Assembly: GCA_017560085.1 (NCBI GenBank)
Contig: JAFYPA010000075.1
Coordinates: 86-64,085, forward strand
Source: Clostridia bacterium
GTDB lineage: Bacteria > Bacillota > Clostridia > Oscillospirales > CAG-382
Reading direction: 5' to 3'
Length of the DNA stretch: 64,000 nt
The notes under the pieces are model-generated. The model saw only the letters and a program-made list of their open reading frames with translations. It searched no databases and was not told the DNA's origin. The position numbers were made by a program, and so were the translations under genes. Positions 63,390-64,000 of this stretch are shown piece by piece (the stretch's first letter is position 1; the number at the start of each line of letters is the position of its first letter).

Positions 63390-64000
63390 ATGAAAGACCT
63401 GATGAAAAAAATCTCCATCCCAGAAGAGGCTATGGATGGTACATTAAAAATATACGATAAAATCACATCCGACAAAGCCCTGTGGGAATATTTCGACGGC
63501 AAAATCACCGAGTTTCTCAAAATCGGCGGTGACTTCCCGATGGAGGACTTCGCAAGGGAAATCGGAGAGAAAATAAACGAGAACCACTTTGCGGTGCATC
63601 TTGTGATTCTTCTCGAAAGTGCAAGGAGAATAAAGCCGTTGTACGACGAAAGAGGTATTTCCGAGGAAATTTACTACGACACAATGCGTGACCTTTCCTA
63701 CAAGGTTAAGGAATGCAAGAAGCATTATGACGTATACGGCATAAAGAGCTTCGTGTGGTTTTTCCGTCTTATGGTGCTTAACACATTTATGCTCGGACGA
63801 CTTGAATACGCCGAGGAAACAGCCGATTTTGACTACAAGGACTACATAAAAAAGGGCGATATCATTTACGGCTGTCACATCCCGTCCTCGGGTCCTCTGA
63901 CATATGATTCGGTTATGGATTCCTTAAAGCGCGCGTATAAGTTCTTCGGATGCGAGAAATACCTCGCTGTTTTCTGCAGCTCGTGGATGCTTTATCCTCC
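63390..64000 (+). CDS. hypothetical protein, paralogue 2 (3' end outside window; absent from the ORF track because it has no stop)
   Basis: Hand translation gives MKDLMKKISIPEEAMDGTLKIYDKITSDKALWEYF...HIPSSGPLTYDSVMDSLKRAYKFFG..., collinear with 62348-63220. Confidence 0.65.
   Translation, partial: MKDLMKKISIPEEAMDGTLKIYDKITSDKALWEYFDGKITEFLKIGGDFPMEDFAREIGEKINENHFAVHLVILLESARRIKPLYDERGISEEIYYDTMRDLSYKVKECKKHYDVYGIKSFVWFFRLMVLNTFMLGRLEYAEETADFDYKDYIKKGDIIYGCHIPSSGPLTYDSVMDSLKRAYKFFGCEKYLAVFCSSWMLYP

Overview
This is a chromosomal window from a spore-forming, Clostridia-type Firmicute. A Ruminococcus/Oscillospiraceae-like origin is an inference from a dockerin-bearing enzyme and the gene content.

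Positions 1-18.9 kb are core genome:
- the 3' part of tyrA and a DAHP synthase;
- a complete minus-strand F1Fo operon, atpI-B-E-F-H-A-G-D-C;
- a Crp/Fnr regulator, D-lactate dehydrogenase, an Fe-S protein, ferritin and rubredoxin;
- an EtfB/EtfA/FAD-dehydrogenase module of the lctBCD type, followed by spoIVA.

The main result is that spoIVA is split. Codons 1-402 end at 18941, and the missing 90 codons resume on the same strand at 60351.
- The two junctions share an identical 10-bp core, ATACATATGA.
- The element ends carry 14-bp perfect inverted repeats, and the host arms form an imperfect dyad.
- Rejoining at the core restores an in-frame 492-codon spoIVA.

The intervening 41.4 kb carries a large serine recombinase (47857-49572), so it resembles a skin-type sporulation-gene intervening element. 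Its cargo is metabolic and defensive rather than phage-like:
- a 1957-aa domain-permuted GH3 with CBM repeats and a dockerin, and a GH38 mannosidase;
- two uncharacterised glycyl-radical enzymes, one with an activase;
- three AraC regulators;
- an AcnX / ketopantoate-reductase-like / OYE-fusion operon;
- a GmrSD-like DUF262/DUF1524 nuclease;
- a block of hypothetical genes that includes a SWIM protein and an ABC-type ATPase;
- SDRs, an alcohol dehydrogenase, a ferritin-VIT1 fusion, a sirtuin and an ADP-ribosylglycohydrolase.

Downstream of the element lie a GH32 gene and two tandem paralogous hypothetical genes.

Other signals:
- a family of 7-bp-phased TGCA tandem arrays at 10 or more intergenic or intercistronic sites;
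- a 62-bp direct repeat bracketing an AT-rich inserted gene in the ferritin leader;
- a two-carboxylate, Na+-type c subunit;
- an epsilon subunit that lacks its C-terminal domain.

I recognised no rRNA, tRNA or CRISPR.
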